A stretch of 64,000 bases of DNA from the NCBI GenBank assembly GCA_017388175.1, contig JAFOTD010000023.1:10002-74001 (forward strand), written 5' to 3'. Shown piece after piece: positions 20,822 through 30,773 of the stretch. Source of the stretch: Clostridia bacterium. GTDB lineage: Bacteria > Bacillota > Clostridia > Christensenellales > CAG-138. The notes beneath the pieces were generated by a model. That model was not told the DNA's origin. It was given only the letters and a program-made list of their open reading frames with translations, and did not search any database. How positions within the stretch are numbered: position 1 is the stretch's first letter; every line of letters starts with the position of its first letter. The position numbers and the translations under genes are program-made.

Positions 20822-21067
20822 TTATTGATTGTTTTTCTTCCCAACCGAAAAAACCTGCAAAAGGATCCCCGCCAAGAGTCCCGCGATGGGCAGCGGCAGA
20901 AACGCGTATCCTTTTACAAACATCTGCTCCTCGATCGTCTCATCCGGCAGAATCTCGGTCGAAGCCCAGAGTACCACAATGATCAGATAGAAAAGCGCGA
21001 CAGCAGCAGCGATCAGCGCGATGATCGTCAGTAACGTTTTCCGTTTCATATGCATGCCTCCCGTCAT
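20822..21067 (-). CDS. Small two-TM membrane protein
   Basis: 81-aa ORF with two hydrophobic helices, overlapping the stop of the upstream gene. The exact start (several Met in MTGGMHM) is uncertain. Confidence 0.45.
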   Translation of the reverse strand: MTGGMHMKRKTLLTIIALIAAAVALFYLIIVVLWASTEILPDETIEEQMFVKGYAFLPLPIAGLLAGILLQVFSVGKKNNQ

Positions 21068-22452
21068 TCCACGATGGCGAGGATATCGCCGGTTACGCGG
21101 GTGTTGTGTCCGAACAGCTTTTCGTTCCAGAACATGCCGGACGAGCCGCCGCCGTCAAAGTTATACGCCGCTTTCATGCCCATCGCATGGCACATCTCGG
21201 ACAGTTCCGTAAGCGACATGCCCGGCGACTTGCCGTTTCCGAGCGGGTTCTTGTCGAGATCCTTGATCCCGCGGGTGCCGAGCACGCTGATGAACGCGTA
21301 ATGGCCCGGTTCGTAGTATCCGAACGCGGTACGCGGATTCGCGCCCTCGAGCGTGGTGTTGAACTTCGTCTTCGGATTTCCGTCCGCGTCCAGAAGCGAC
21401 GGTCCGAAGTAGAACGAATGGTACGGATACTTTGCGTAGATCTCGTTATAGTCGATTTTGTCGGTCTTGCAGTCGTAGCACTCGACCGTTCCGTCCTGAT
21501 AAATCACGCAAAGATCGGAAAATTTGCACGGATTGTCGCGAAGCAGAACGCCGTTGCGGATGATCAGACCCTCGCTGATCGCGTTGGTAACGAAATAGTC
21601 CGAGTTGACCGCGATGATCGCGTTCATGTCGCGGGCGAAGTCGTAAATCATTTCCTTCCCGCCCTTGGAATCGTATCCCGCGGACAGGTTATTGATGTCG
21701 CGCACGTACAGCTCGGCGATCTGATATTCGAGCTTGCCCTTCTGATAATGATACAGCTCAACCGCAACCTTGCTGCCGGCATACGCATAGATCAGCGTCT
21801 TTTCGGTCCCGTCTTCAAGCGTTTCGGTCGTGTTCGGCTCCGTCATCACCGGCGCGCCGTCGGAGAATTTTTCTTTATATTTGTCTCCCAGAAGCCCGGG
21901 GATCGGCGTCGGCGCGGGCGTGGGCGCTTCGGTCGGATTCTGTATCGGCGCATCGGATGCGTCGGGATTGCTCGGTTCCGTTTGCGGCACGATCGTATCC
22001 GTTCCGTCGTCGGGCGACGCATCCGGCGTCGGTGCGGGCTGTCCCTGCGCGTCGGCAGGCGGCATCGTCGCAAGCACGATGTTAACGTTCTTGCTGCGGC
22101 AGCTCAGCCAGTCGAACGTATAGGTATTGACCGCAAGCGCGAACGCGCCGGCAACCACGATATCGACAATCAGTATCGCGAGAAAGCGCTTCCTGCAAAA
22201 CGGCACGTTCCCGTACGTCCTTCCCGTAAGAAGAATCAGATAGAGCAGCGCGGTGAGAAGCATCAGAATCGGGATGATGATGTACAGATACTTCGTCAGC
22301 GGGTTCTCCGAACGCACGACGTAATGCTGGTTTGAATTGTAGTGATCCAGAATATAAAAGACGATGTAGTTCGCGGAAAGAATGGCGGTCAGATTTGCCA
22401 GAACCGTCGCAATCACGCGAAGCGCGGAATACTTGTTGCTGTTTTTCTCCAT
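21064..22452 (-). CDS. Membrane-anchored phosphodiester glycosidase (NAGPA/DUF2233) family protein
   Basis: N-terminal TM helices, a P/T-rich linker (PTEAPTPAPTPIPG), and a C-terminal domain ending ...AYNFDGGGSSGMFWNEKL typical of the family. SD GGGAGA precedes ATG 22450-22452. Confidence 0.7.
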   Translation of the reverse strand: MEKNSNKYSALRVIATVLANLTAILSANYIVFYILDHYNSNQHYVVRSENPLTKYLYIIIPILMLLTALLYLILLTGRTYGNVPFCRKRFLAILIVDIVVAGAFALAVNTYTFDWLSCRSKNVNIVLATMPPADAQGQPAPTPDASPDDGTDTIVPQTEPSNPDASDAPIQNPTEAPTPAPTPIPGLLGDKYKEKFSDGAPVMTEPNTTETLEDGTEKTLIYAYAGSKVAVELYHYQKGKLEYQIAELYVRDINNLSAGYDSKGGKEMIYDFARDMNAIIAVNSDYFVTNAISEGLIIRNGVLLRDNPCKFSDLCVIYQDGTVECYDCKTDKIDYNEIYAKYPYHSFYFGPSLLDADGNPKTKFNTTLEGANPRTAFGYYEPGHYAFISVLGTRGIKDLDKNPLGNGKSPGMSLTELSEMCHAMGMKAAYNFDGGGSSGMFWNEKLFGHNTRVTGDILAIVE

Positions 22453-22577
22453 TGCATTCTCCCTGAAAATCATGGCGGAACCGCTCGCGCCTGCGGCGGC
22501 GCGATCCATACCTATGCACTATATCACACCGGCCGTACATGATGCAAGCCTTTTCGCGTTTTTTCGACGGTTCTCCG

Positions 22578-24797
22578 TCAGATTGCGAACAGAATCCACC
22601 GGAGCAGGAAGCGGCGGACCGGCGCGTTTTTGCAAACCTCGCGCTGCGCCGTATGTACGCGTTTCAAAAGTTCCCGATGCTCCTGTATCATCGAGTGATT
22701 CGAGAACACCGCTTTTTCCGCCCATTCGTCCGCGTCCGGATCCTTCGGATATCCGTATCTTTCCAACCGTTTCAGATAATGCGCCATCTCGGGAATCGCG
22801 CGTTTCGCGTCCTTGCCGCCGAACAGTGCTTCCCGGTATCTGCGGATCAGTATTCCCGCGCCGATCCATATCGCGGGCACGACCGGAATCAGCAGCAAAA
22901 GCCACCAGGCGCCGGTTCCGCGCGGCTTCTCCTCCGCGTCCGCGTTGACGATCAGCGCGCCGGGCGCGTCCGTCGGCGCAATCGTCGGCAAGGGCAGTTC
23001 CGTTTCCGCCGGAACCTCGGACGGCGCGGGCGTTTCCCGCTGCGGGTCGGGCGCCGGTGTCGCAGCAGGCTCCGGCGTGGGCGGCAGGGGCGTAGGCGAA
23101 GCCGTCGGAACGGCGGTCGGCGCCGCGGTCTGCGCGGGTGTTGGCGCAGCCGGATTGCCCGGCTGACTGCCGCCGGAATCATCCGAATCTCCGGGTGAGA
23201 ATCCCGGCGTGCTTTCGACCGGAAGCCAGCCGACGCCGGACACGTAAATCTCCGCCCATGCGTGCTCGGCCGTTCCGGGAACGGAATGCCATTCTCCGGC
23301 TTCGACGCTGTCTACGGCGACGTAATACCCGGTCGTGTAGCGCGCGGGGATCCCCATCGCCTGCAGTATGGCGGTCGTGGCGCTCGCGAAATGTACGCAG
23401 TACCCTTTGCGGCTTTCCGTCAGAAAGTACAGAACGAAATCTTTCCCTCGCGGCGTTTTTCCGGGCGTGAGCGTATACGTGCCGGAATCGCGCACGAACG
23501 CGGCGACGTTCATCGCCGTTGCATACGCATCTCCTCGCTTGAGAAGGCCCGCGCCTTCCGCGATGCTCAAAAGCGCGTCACGTTCCGGTCCGTCCGGCAT
23601 CGTGTACTGCTCCAGCGCGAAAGAATAATAGCGGAATTCCTCTTCCGTCACGTTGCCCGGAACCGTACTGTATTTTTTCGAAAACGTGATGCTGTATGCG
23701 GTATTGCCGCTCGCGCGTACACGCGACTCGTCCACAGTCATGTCTTCCTGCAGGAACGCGTAAGGCACGATCCGCTCGGCGGATATGGAATCCTTGACTG
23801 AAAAATGCGAGCCCGCGGCAGGCTGTCTTGCGCCGAGCGCCGCCATCGAACGCCATTCGCCGTCGTATTCGTCCGCTTCGGGCCACGCGTTATCCCGGTA
23901 TGCGCCGTAGGAATGCGTTCTGAGATGATACGTTCCCGTGCGGCTGACCCAGATTTTGAATATCTCCTCCGGATCGACGTCGCGGTTCTCGACGTCGTCG
24001 AGCTCGATCGTGTCCGGCGTCTGTTTCCCGAACCATGTAAGCACCGTATCGCCGAGCTCGCCAAACCGGTCGCTTAAAAACTTCTGCCGCATTTCCGGGG
24101 AAACCGGCTCGAACGCGTCCGGGCGAAATACCGCCGGAATCAGCAGCAGAAAAGCGGGAAGGATCAGCGCGAGCACCGCGAAAAACCTGCCCTTTCCGGG
24201 CAGTTCGCTCTTTCGCAGCGCATTGCCCAGAAGCACGTATCCGCAGTACACCGCAAGCAAAACGATCGTCCAGAGCGCGGGCGGCTGATCCGTATAATAC
24301 AGACTCAAAAGGGTCGGCGGAAGCGGAATCAGCATCGAAAGCAGCACAATTTTGCTGCGAATCAGCGAAAACGCGAGCATGAAACCGAACAATGCCGTGA
24401 TCAGCATCAGAACGAGCGTAACGCCCGCGTCCGGATCGGTAAACGATTCGACCTTTTCCGCCAGCGCCCCCATGTCGAACGTACGCGAAAGGCTGTCCGG
24501 AAGCGTATCCATCACCCGGTAAAACAGCGTCTGCGCGCCCTCGGCAATCTGCTTCGAGCCAAAGACGATCAGCATGATCAGCGTCGTAAAATAGATGGCG
24601 CCGAACCCGAAGCCGTAGCGCGGCACGTGCATCCAAAACGATAGCAGCAGGGCGGAAAAGGCGCAGAACGCGATGAGATATCCCGCAAGAAATCCGATCC
24701 CGAACGCCGTCGGCACCACCGCCGCGATCGCGATCATACCGCACGCCACCGGTACGGCGTCCGCAAAGCCCGATAAGACGATCTCTCCGCGTTTCAT
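22578..24797 (-). CDS. Transglutaminase-like membrane protein (TgpA-like)
   Basis: Multi-TM N-terminus. Transglutaminase core GYCVHFASATTAILQAMGIPARY...HAWAEIY...LPVEST. Long P/T/A linker and a C-terminal TM. Third gene of the MoxR-DUF58 operon. Confidence 0.85.
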   Translation of the reverse strand: MKRGEIVLSGFADAVPVACGMIAIAAVVPTAFGIGFLAGYLIAFCAFSALLLSFWMHVPRYGFGFGAIYFTTLIMLIVFGSKQIAEGAQTLFYRVMDTLPDSLSRTFDMGALAEKVESFTDPDAGVTLVLMLITALFGFMLAFSLIRSKIVLLSMLIPLPPTLLSLYYTDQPPALWTIVLLAVYCGYVLLGNALRKSELPGKGRFFAVLALILPAFLLLIPAVFRPDAFEPVSPEMRQKFLSDRFGELGDTVLTWFGKQTPDTIELDDVENRDVDPEEIFKIWVSRTGTYHLRTHSYGAYRDNAWPEADEYDGEWRSMAALGARQPAAGSHFSVKDSISAERIVPYAFLQEDMTVDESRVRASGNTAYSITFSKKYSTVPGNVTEEEFRYYSFALEQYTMPDGPERDALLSIAEGAGLLKRGDAYATAMNVAAFVRDSGTYTLTPGKTPRGKDFVLYFLTESRKGYCVHFASATTAILQAMGIPARYTTGYYVAVDSVEAGEWHSVPGTAEHAWAEIYVSGVGWLPVESTPGFSPGDSDDSGGSQPGNPAAPTPAQTAAPTAVPTASPTPLPPTPEPAATPAPDPQRETPAPSEVPAETELPLPTIAPTDAPGALIVNADAEEKPRGTGAWWLLLLIPVVPAIWIGAGILIRRYREALFGGKDAKRAIPEMAHYLKRLERYGYPKDPDADEWAEKAVFSNHSMIQEHRELLKRVHTAQREVCKNAPVRRFLLRWILFAI

Positions 24798-25747
24798 GAC
24801 CGCACCTCCTTTTTCGGCACGATCCGATACACGATCGTATCGTTTCCGGTAACGACCGGCTGCGCCTTTTCATCACGAACCGGCCCGGAAAGGAACGCGC
24901 GCAGAAAACGCTCAAAATCTCCGTTCCCCTCGATCTGCGCGTTCGAAAGTCCGTAATACAGCAGAAACGGGATTCCGTTTTCATTCAGAAGATCCGCAAG
25001 GAAGCGAAGCTGTTCCAGTACGCTCTGCATCGCGTCGTACGCCGTAAAAAGGTCCATGCAGAGCACGATCTTTTTTCGGACCAGCTCCTGCGGCTCGCGC
25101 ACGATCGGCGTGTCGGTCTTTTCGGTGAGCTTCCAATGGATCAGATTGACCGCGTCGCCCTCCCGGTACGGCCTCAGCTCGTGCTCCTCGGAAAACCCAA
25201 GCGGCTTCGGCTTCAGTACGCGATCGGACGGTTCGATCAGCTCCGCCATCGGCACCGGCGCTTCCGTGTTCGGAAAAACGGTCATCACAGCCGCGGAGCC
25301 CCTTCGGATCGGTATCGCGAAAAGGCCGAGATAATCGCACGCGCGCGCCGAACGGATGCGATAGCGGATCGTGCCGAGGCGCGTGGTATCCGGTGAAAAG
25401 CGCTCTGTGCCTTCCCTGCCGCCGAGCAGACGAACTTTAAAGCGCGAGGGACGCGTTTCCAGAAACAGATTATGCTGTTCGATCTTCAGTTTCCACGCCT
25501 CGGGCGGGAGAAAAAAGCGGCAGCGCACGTCCAGCCGGACGACGGTCTTCCTGCCGCGCTGCACGTCCGCGCCGCCGGTGAGGTCCGCGCGCGACGTCAG
25601 AATCGCGGGAAGGCTGATCAGAAGAGAGAATACGGGCAGGAATAACAGAAACAGCAGTATGTAATACGTTACATACTGCCCGTAGGCGAAATGAAGAGCG
25701 CCGACTCCCAAAAGCAGCACTCCGTATGTCAGCCTCCTGCCGATCAT
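24794..25747 (-). CDS. DUF58 domain protein
   Basis: ...HELRPYREGDAVNLIHWKLTEK... DUF58 signature. ATG 25745-25747 overlaps the MoxR stop (ATGA). The upstream part of the track ORF is Arg-rich and overlaps moxR. Confidence 0.8.
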   Translation of the reverse strand: MIGRRLTYGVLLLGVGALHFAYGQYVTYYILLFLLFLPVFSLLISLPAILTSRADLTGGADVQRGRKTVVRLDVRCRFFLPPEAWKLKIEQHNLFLETRPSRFKVRLLGGREGTERFSPDTTRLGTIRYRIRSARACDYLGLFAIPIRRGSAAVMTVFPNTEAPVPMAELIEPSDRVLKPKPLGFSEEHELRPYREGDAVNLIHWKLTEKTDTPIVREPQELVRKKIVLCMDLFTAYDAMQSVLEQLRFLADLLNENGIPFLLYYGLSNAQIEGNGDFERFLRAFLSGPVRDEKAQPVVTGNDTIVYRIVPKKEVRS

Positions 25748-26676
25748 CCGCGCACGGCCGGCGGCGCAACGTGCGCCATCACGTCGTTCAGAACGTCTTC
25801 GGCGGTCTGTCCGGACGCCTTCGCTTCCGGGGTGAGAATCAAACGGTGCGTGATCGTGGCGGGATAGATCAGCTTGACGTCGTTCGGAACGACGTAATCG
25901 CGTCCCTGCACCCATGCCGCCGCCTTTGCCATCGAAACAACGGCGAGCGACGCGCGCGGGCTTGCGCCCTGCAAAAGAGCGCTGTGAGAACGCGTCGCGT
26001 TGGAAAGACGGATCACGTAGTCAAGAATCTTTTTGTCGACGAACGTGTTGTCGACCGCGTTCCGGATCCCGTAAAGGCCGTTGCGGTCCGCGACGAGGTG
26101 TACGCCGTCGAGCGGATTTCCGCGCTGTTTGCGGTTCAGAAGCTCCAGCTCGTCGTTCGGACGCGGATAGCCGAGCGACAGGCGAACCATAAAGCGGTCG
26201 AGCTGCGAATCCGGCAAAAGCTGCGTGCCGCTTGCGCCGACCGGGTTCTGGGTTGCAATGACCACGAAGGGATCCGGCACCGGATGCGTCACGCCGTCGA
26301 CGGTGACGTTGCCCTCCTCCATCGCCTCTAAGAGCGCGGACTGTGTGCGGCTTGTAGCGCGGTTCAGCTCGTCCGCCAAAAAGAGATTGCACAGAATTGC
26401 GCCGGGCTTATAAGTCATCTGCCCGCTTGCGCGATCGTACAGGGTAAACCCGACGATATCGCTCGGCAGCACGTCCGGCGTAAACTGCACGCGATGGTAC
26501 TCAAGCCCCAGCGCCTTCGAAAACGCGAGCGCCATCGTCGTTTTTCCGACGCCGGGAATATCCTCAAGCAGAATATGCCCGCGCGCAAGAATCGCCAGAA
26601 GTGCCATGATCAGCACGTTATCCTTGCCGACAACCGCCTTTTTCAGTTCTTCCACAATGGATTTCGGATCGTTCAT
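25744..26676 (-). CDS. MoxR-family AAA+ ATPase
   Basis: 310 aa; HILLEDIPGVGKTTMALAFSKALG Walker A; ...LLADELNRA... Walker B region typical of MoxR. Confidence 0.9.
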   Translation of the reverse strand: MNDPKSIVEELKKAVVGKDNVLIMALLAILARGHILLEDIPGVGKTTMALAFSKALGLEYHRVQFTPDVLPSDIVGFTLYDRASGQMTYKPGAILCNLFLADELNRATSRTQSALLEAMEEGNVTVDGVTHPVPDPFVVIATQNPVGASGTQLLPDSQLDRFMVRLSLGYPRPNDELELLNRKQRGNPLDGVHLVADRNGLYGIRNAVDNTFVDKKILDYVIRLSNATRSHSALLQGASPRASLAVVSMAKAAAWVQGRDYVVPNDVKLIYPATITHRLILTPEAKASGQTAEDVLNDVMAHVAPPAVRG

Positions 26677-26853
26677 CGGTTCTCCCCCGTTACAGATACT
26701 TCTCAGTATGTATGATCATTATAACACATATATTCGTCCAAATTGTATCTAAACTGCAACAATTTTCTGTTTTCGGCAATTATTTCCGGAAACAGGAAAG
26801 CGGCGGTCTTTCGATCGCCGCCTGATGCCTTCTTTTTCAACGAACCGAATTGT

Positions 26854-29223
26854 TTACCAAAGCCGGATGCCGTCGTGATGCGGCAGTTCCTTGATGTGCC
26901 AGATCTCGTCCGCGTACTGGCGGATCGTACGGTCCGAAGAGAACTTGCCCGCGTTCGCCGTGTTGACAATGCACTTTCTCGTAAACATGCGGATGTCCTT
27001 ATAATCGTTCAGCGCGTCCATCTTGCGGTCGATGTACGGCAGCATCTCCTGCAGCACAAAGTAATAGTCCGGCTTCTGCCATCCGTTGCCGAACAGCAGC
27101 GAACGGTGCAGATCGGTGAACACGCCGGTGCCGTTGTCGGAGAACGTGCCGTCGATCAGCGTATCGACGACGCGGCGCACGCGCGGTTCATAGTCGTAGA
27201 TCGCTTTCGGATTGTAGTGCGGACGCAGCGCGTTGAGATCGTCGACGCTGTAGCCGAATACGTAGTTGTTCTCCTCGCCCGCTTCCTGCACGATTTCGAC
27301 GTTCGCGCCGTCGAACGTGCCGAGCGTGACCGCGCCGTTGAGCATGAGCTTCATGTTGCCGGTGCCGCTCGCCTCGGTGCCTGCAGGGGAAATCTGCTCG
27401 GAAATGTCCGCAGCGGGAATGATATGCTCGGCATAGGAGCAGTTATAGTTGTGCACGAAGACCACGCGCATCAGATCCTTCACGTCCGGATCGCTGTTGA
27501 TCTTCTTCGCGATCTCGTTGATGAACTTGATGACCGCCTTTGCGCGGAGATACCCCGGCGCGGCCTTTGCGCCGAAGATGAACGCGGTCGGCGTAAAGTC
27601 TTTGATGCGGCCGTCCTTGATGCCGAAGTAGATGTCGAGAATCGCGAACGCGTTCAGGATCTGACGCTTGTACTCGTGCATACGCTTGACCTGCACGTCG
27701 AAGCAGAACGTCTCCGGCAGGTCGACGCCCTCGCGCGCACGGATCAGCTCGCGAAGCTGGCGCTTCTTTTCGCGCTTGACCGCGATGAACGCGTCGACGT
27801 CCGCGTCGCTCATAAACGCCTCAAGTCCCTTCAGCTGTTCGAGATCGGTGATCCATCCGCCGCCGACGCGCTCGGTGATGTAGTCGGAAAGCTCGGGGTT
27901 GCACAGCCCCAGCCAGCGGCGCTGCGTGATGCCGTTCGTCTTGTTCTGGAAGCGTTCCGGATAGACCTGATACCAGATCTTCAGCACGTCGTCCTTTAAG
28001 ATCTGCGTATGAATCTCCGCCACGCCGTTGACGCAGTTGGACGCGTACACGGCGAGGTTCGCCATGCGGATGATGTTGTTCGAAACGATCGCGTACGGCT
28101 CGCAGTCGAGGCCCTTCGCCATGATCTCGCCGCACAGCTTGGTATTGATGCGATAGATGATGTCGAAAATTTCAGGCAGCAGATCGCGGAACAGATTTAC
28201 GTCCCACTTTTCGAGCGCTTCCTGCATGACCGTATGGTTCGTATAGGAGAACGTGCGCTGCGCCATGTCGAACGCCTCGTCGAACGTAAGCCCTTCGAGC
28301 ATCAAAAGCCGCATGAGTTCCGGGATCGAGACCGTCGGATGCGTATCGTTGAGCTGGATTGAAACGAGATCCGCAAACTCCGTGATCGGGCGGTTTTCAC
28401 GTTTGAACCGGAACAAAAGGTCCTGCAGCGAAGCCGAGGAAAGGAAGTACTGCTGCTTCAAACGCAGGCGCTTGCCCGCGGTGGTCGTATCGTTCGGGTA
28501 CAGCACGCGCGTGATGTCCTCGACCGCGTTCTTTTCAAGCACGGCAACCGCGTATTCCTGGTTGTTGAACTTCTCGAAATCAAAGTCCTGCACCGCTTCG
28601 CTCTGCCAAAGGCGGAGCGTGCCGATGTTGTCGGTGTGATAGCCGATGATCGGCATGTCGTACGGCACGGCGCGCACGGTCTGATCGGAGAAACGCACGA
28701 GCACCTCGTGCGTGTCGCGGCGGCGGCTCCACGGATCGCCGAAGCGCTGCCAGTCGTCCGCGCTTTCGGTCTGGAAGCCGTTCGTAAACGTCTGCTTAAA
28801 GAGACCGTATTTATAGCGGATGCCGTAGCCGTCGAGCGGCAGGTTCATCGTTGCGGCGGAATCGAGGAAGCACGCGGCAAGGCGGCCGAGGCCCCCGTTT
28901 CCGAGCGCGGCGTCTTCGATATCTTCGAACATCGCAAGGTCAAGCCCGCGTTCCGCAAATTCCTTTTTCACCTCGTCGAGAATGCCGAGCGCAAACAGGT
29001 TATTGTAAACCATGCGTCCAACCAGATACTCCGCCGAGAAATAATACGTGCTTCTCGTGCGCTCGTGCGCATGACGGCTTTCGTACCACGGGTCGGCGAT
29101 CGCGCCCATGACGACCGAAGCGAGCGCCGCATGAAGCTGCTGCACCGTCGCTTCCTTCAGGGAGACCTGTGCGTCGCGTTTCAAAACGAGTTCGATTTGT
29201 TGCATGATCGATTTTGTATCCAT
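26854..29223 (-). CDS. glgP: Glycogen/alpha-glucan phosphorylase
   Basis: 789 aa; PLP-lysine region EASGTGNMKLMLNGAVTLGTFDGANVE. Confidence 0.95.
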   Translation of the reverse strand: MDTKSIMQQIELVLKRDAQVSLKEATVQQLHAALASVVMGAIADPWYESRHAHERTRSTYYFSAEYLVGRMVYNNLFALGILDEVKKEFAERGLDLAMFEDIEDAALGNGGLGRLAACFLDSAATMNLPLDGYGIRYKYGLFKQTFTNGFQTESADDWQRFGDPWSRRRDTHEVLVRFSDQTVRAVPYDMPIIGYHTDNIGTLRLWQSEAVQDFDFEKFNNQEYAVAVLEKNAVEDITRVLYPNDTTTAGKRLRLKQQYFLSSASLQDLLFRFKRENRPITEFADLVSIQLNDTHPTVSIPELMRLLMLEGLTFDEAFDMAQRTFSYTNHTVMQEALEKWDVNLFRDLLPEIFDIIYRINTKLCGEIMAKGLDCEPYAIVSNNIIRMANLAVYASNCVNGVAEIHTQILKDDVLKIWYQVYPERFQNKTNGITQRRWLGLCNPELSDYITERVGGGWITDLEQLKGLEAFMSDADVDAFIAVKREKKRQLRELIRAREGVDLPETFCFDVQVKRMHEYKRQILNAFAILDIYFGIKDGRIKDFTPTAFIFGAKAAPGYLRAKAVIKFINEIAKKINSDPDVKDLMRVVFVHNYNCSYAEHIIPAADISEQISPAGTEASGTGNMKLMLNGAVTLGTFDGANVEIVQEAGEENNYVFGYSVDDLNALRPHYNPKAIYDYEPRVRRVVDTLIDGTFSDNGTGVFTDLHRSLLFGNGWQKPDYYFVLQEMLPYIDRKMDALNDYKDIRMFTRKCIVNTANAGKFSSDRTIRQYADEIWHIKELPHHDGIRLW

Positions 29224-29280
29224 AATCGTGTCCCCATTCCTGTCTTTGCGGGTATTATATCATATTCTTTCTCATTATGC

Positions 29281-29312
29281 AAAAAAACCGGCGTGATTTC
29301 TTGCCGGTTTTT
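29281..29312 (-). terminator. Hairpin terminator after the NlpC/P60 gene
   Basis: aaaaaaaCCGGC-gtgatttctt-GCCGGtttttt; symmetric A/T runs, so potentially bidirectional. Confidence 0.6.
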
Positions 29313-29335
29313 TGTAAAAAATGCGTAAAGAGCGA

Positions 29336-30610
29336 TCAGTTCCAGGGGCGTCTTGCATTGACGAAGTTGCGCTTCCAATATGCGGAGAGCGAACGCTTGA
29401 CCACTTTTCCGTTCGCGCTCGACGCGTCGATCATCATGTTTCCGCCGATATAAATGCCGCAGTGCGATACGGTCGAGCTCGAATCGCTGCGGAAGAACAG
29501 GATGTCGCCCTTCTTGAGATCGTTGATGCTCGTGATGTTCTTCCAGCGGTTCGACCGCGAGAAGCCCGCCGCGTTCAGACGCGTCGTCGACACGCCCGCC
29601 TGTCTGAGGCACCACGTTACGAAGCCGGAGCAGTCGAACGTGTTCGGACCGGAATCGCCGAGGATGTATTCGCAGCCGAGCTTGGAGTTGGCCGCTTTGA
29701 TGAATTTATCGAGCTTGGTGTCCTTCTTCGGCGTGGGCGTCGGCGTCTTGGTCGTCTTGCCCGAAGGCTTCGGCGTCGCCTTTGCGGTCTGCTTTTCCTT
29801 CTCCTTGGCCGCCTTTTCTTCGGCCTTCTGCTGCGCTTCGAGCTCCTTCGAAATCTTCGCTTCGTCGCTGTACAGTTTATCGAGCGTCTTCTCGCCCGCC
29901 TTGCCGTCCGCGGTCAGCCCGTTGCGCTTCTGGAACGCCTTGACCGCCTCGACCGTCTTTTCGCCGTATACGCGGTCCACGTCGTCCCCGGACAGATAGC
30001 CGAGATCCACGAGCTGCTCCTGCAGCATCTTTACGTCGCGCCCCTCCGCGCCCTCAAGCATCATATAATGCTTGGCCTCGCTGCCGTACAGCAGCTCCTG
30101 CGTCTGCGCGCCGGCGATGCCGTCCTGTTTGAGATCGTGCTGACGCTGGAACAGCGTGACCGCGTACGCGGTGCTGTTGCCGTAATAGTCGGTCGGCTCC
30201 TCGATTTCCAGATAACCGAGCTCCATCAGCCGGTTCTGCAGCGCGGTGACCGCTTCGCCCTTATCGTGTTTTTTCAGCGTCGTATACTGTGATTCGGGAT
30301 CGTCAGGCGTATCCGAAGGCTCGTCCGTCGGTTCATCGGACGGATCGCCGGCGGTATCGTCCGGTTCCGTGATTTCGGGAAGCTGCGCCTCGGGATCCGA
30401 CGCGTCCGGGTCCGGCGCGTTTGCGCCCTGCTGCCGGTTTTTGCCCTGCGGCGCGCGCAAAAGCGCGGGAATCTCCGCGGCAGCTTCCGTCGTCTCCGAG
30501 CCCTGTTTTCCGGATTTGCAGGAAGCAATGCCGATTATCAGCGCAATTACGATCAAAAACGCGGCAACACCGAACAGAAGCAGCGACAGGATCGTGCGCT
30601 TCTTCTCCAT
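29336..30610 (-). CDS. NlpC/P60 (C40) peptidoglycan peptidase with two PG_binding_1 repeats
   Basis: C-terminal catalytic region ...GDSGPNTFDCSGFVTWCL...VSHCGIYIG. Two peptidoglycan-binding repeats (ALQNRLMELGYL, MLQEQLVDLGYL). N-terminal TM. I prefer the start at MEKKRTILS (GGAG upstream) over the track start at 30667, which has no SD. Confidence 0.8.
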   Translation of the reverse strand: MEKKRTILSLLLFGVAAFLIVIALIIGIASCKSGKQGSETTEAAAEIPALLRAPQGKNRQQGANAPDPDASDPEAQLPEITEPDDTAGDPSDEPTDEPSDTPDDPESQYTTLKKHDKGEAVTALQNRLMELGYLEIEEPTDYYGNSTAYAVTLFQRQHDLKQDGIAGAQTQELLYGSEAKHYMMLEGAEGRDVKMLQEQLVDLGYLSGDDVDRVYGEKTVEAVKAFQKRNGLTADGKAGEKTLDKLYSDEAKISKELEAQQKAEEKAAKEKEKQTAKATPKPSGKTTKTPTPTPKKDTKLDKFIKAANSKLGCEYILGDSGPNTFDCSGFVTWCLRQAGVSTTRLNAAGFSRSNRWKNITSINDLKKGDILFFRSDSSSTVSHCGIYIGGNMMIDASSANGKVVKRSLSAYWKRNFVNARRPWN

Positions 30611-30773
30611 CGAAAGGCTGCTCCAGTTATGTATGATATAAGAAATCGTCAATTTCTGCTTTTCCATACCGAAAGTGTATCGCCGTTTTTTGAAATGTGC
30701 AAGCGTTCCGCGTCGATGTTTATCAAAATTTCATATCTATGTTGCAATTCTGTTGCATCCGGACGAATCCGGT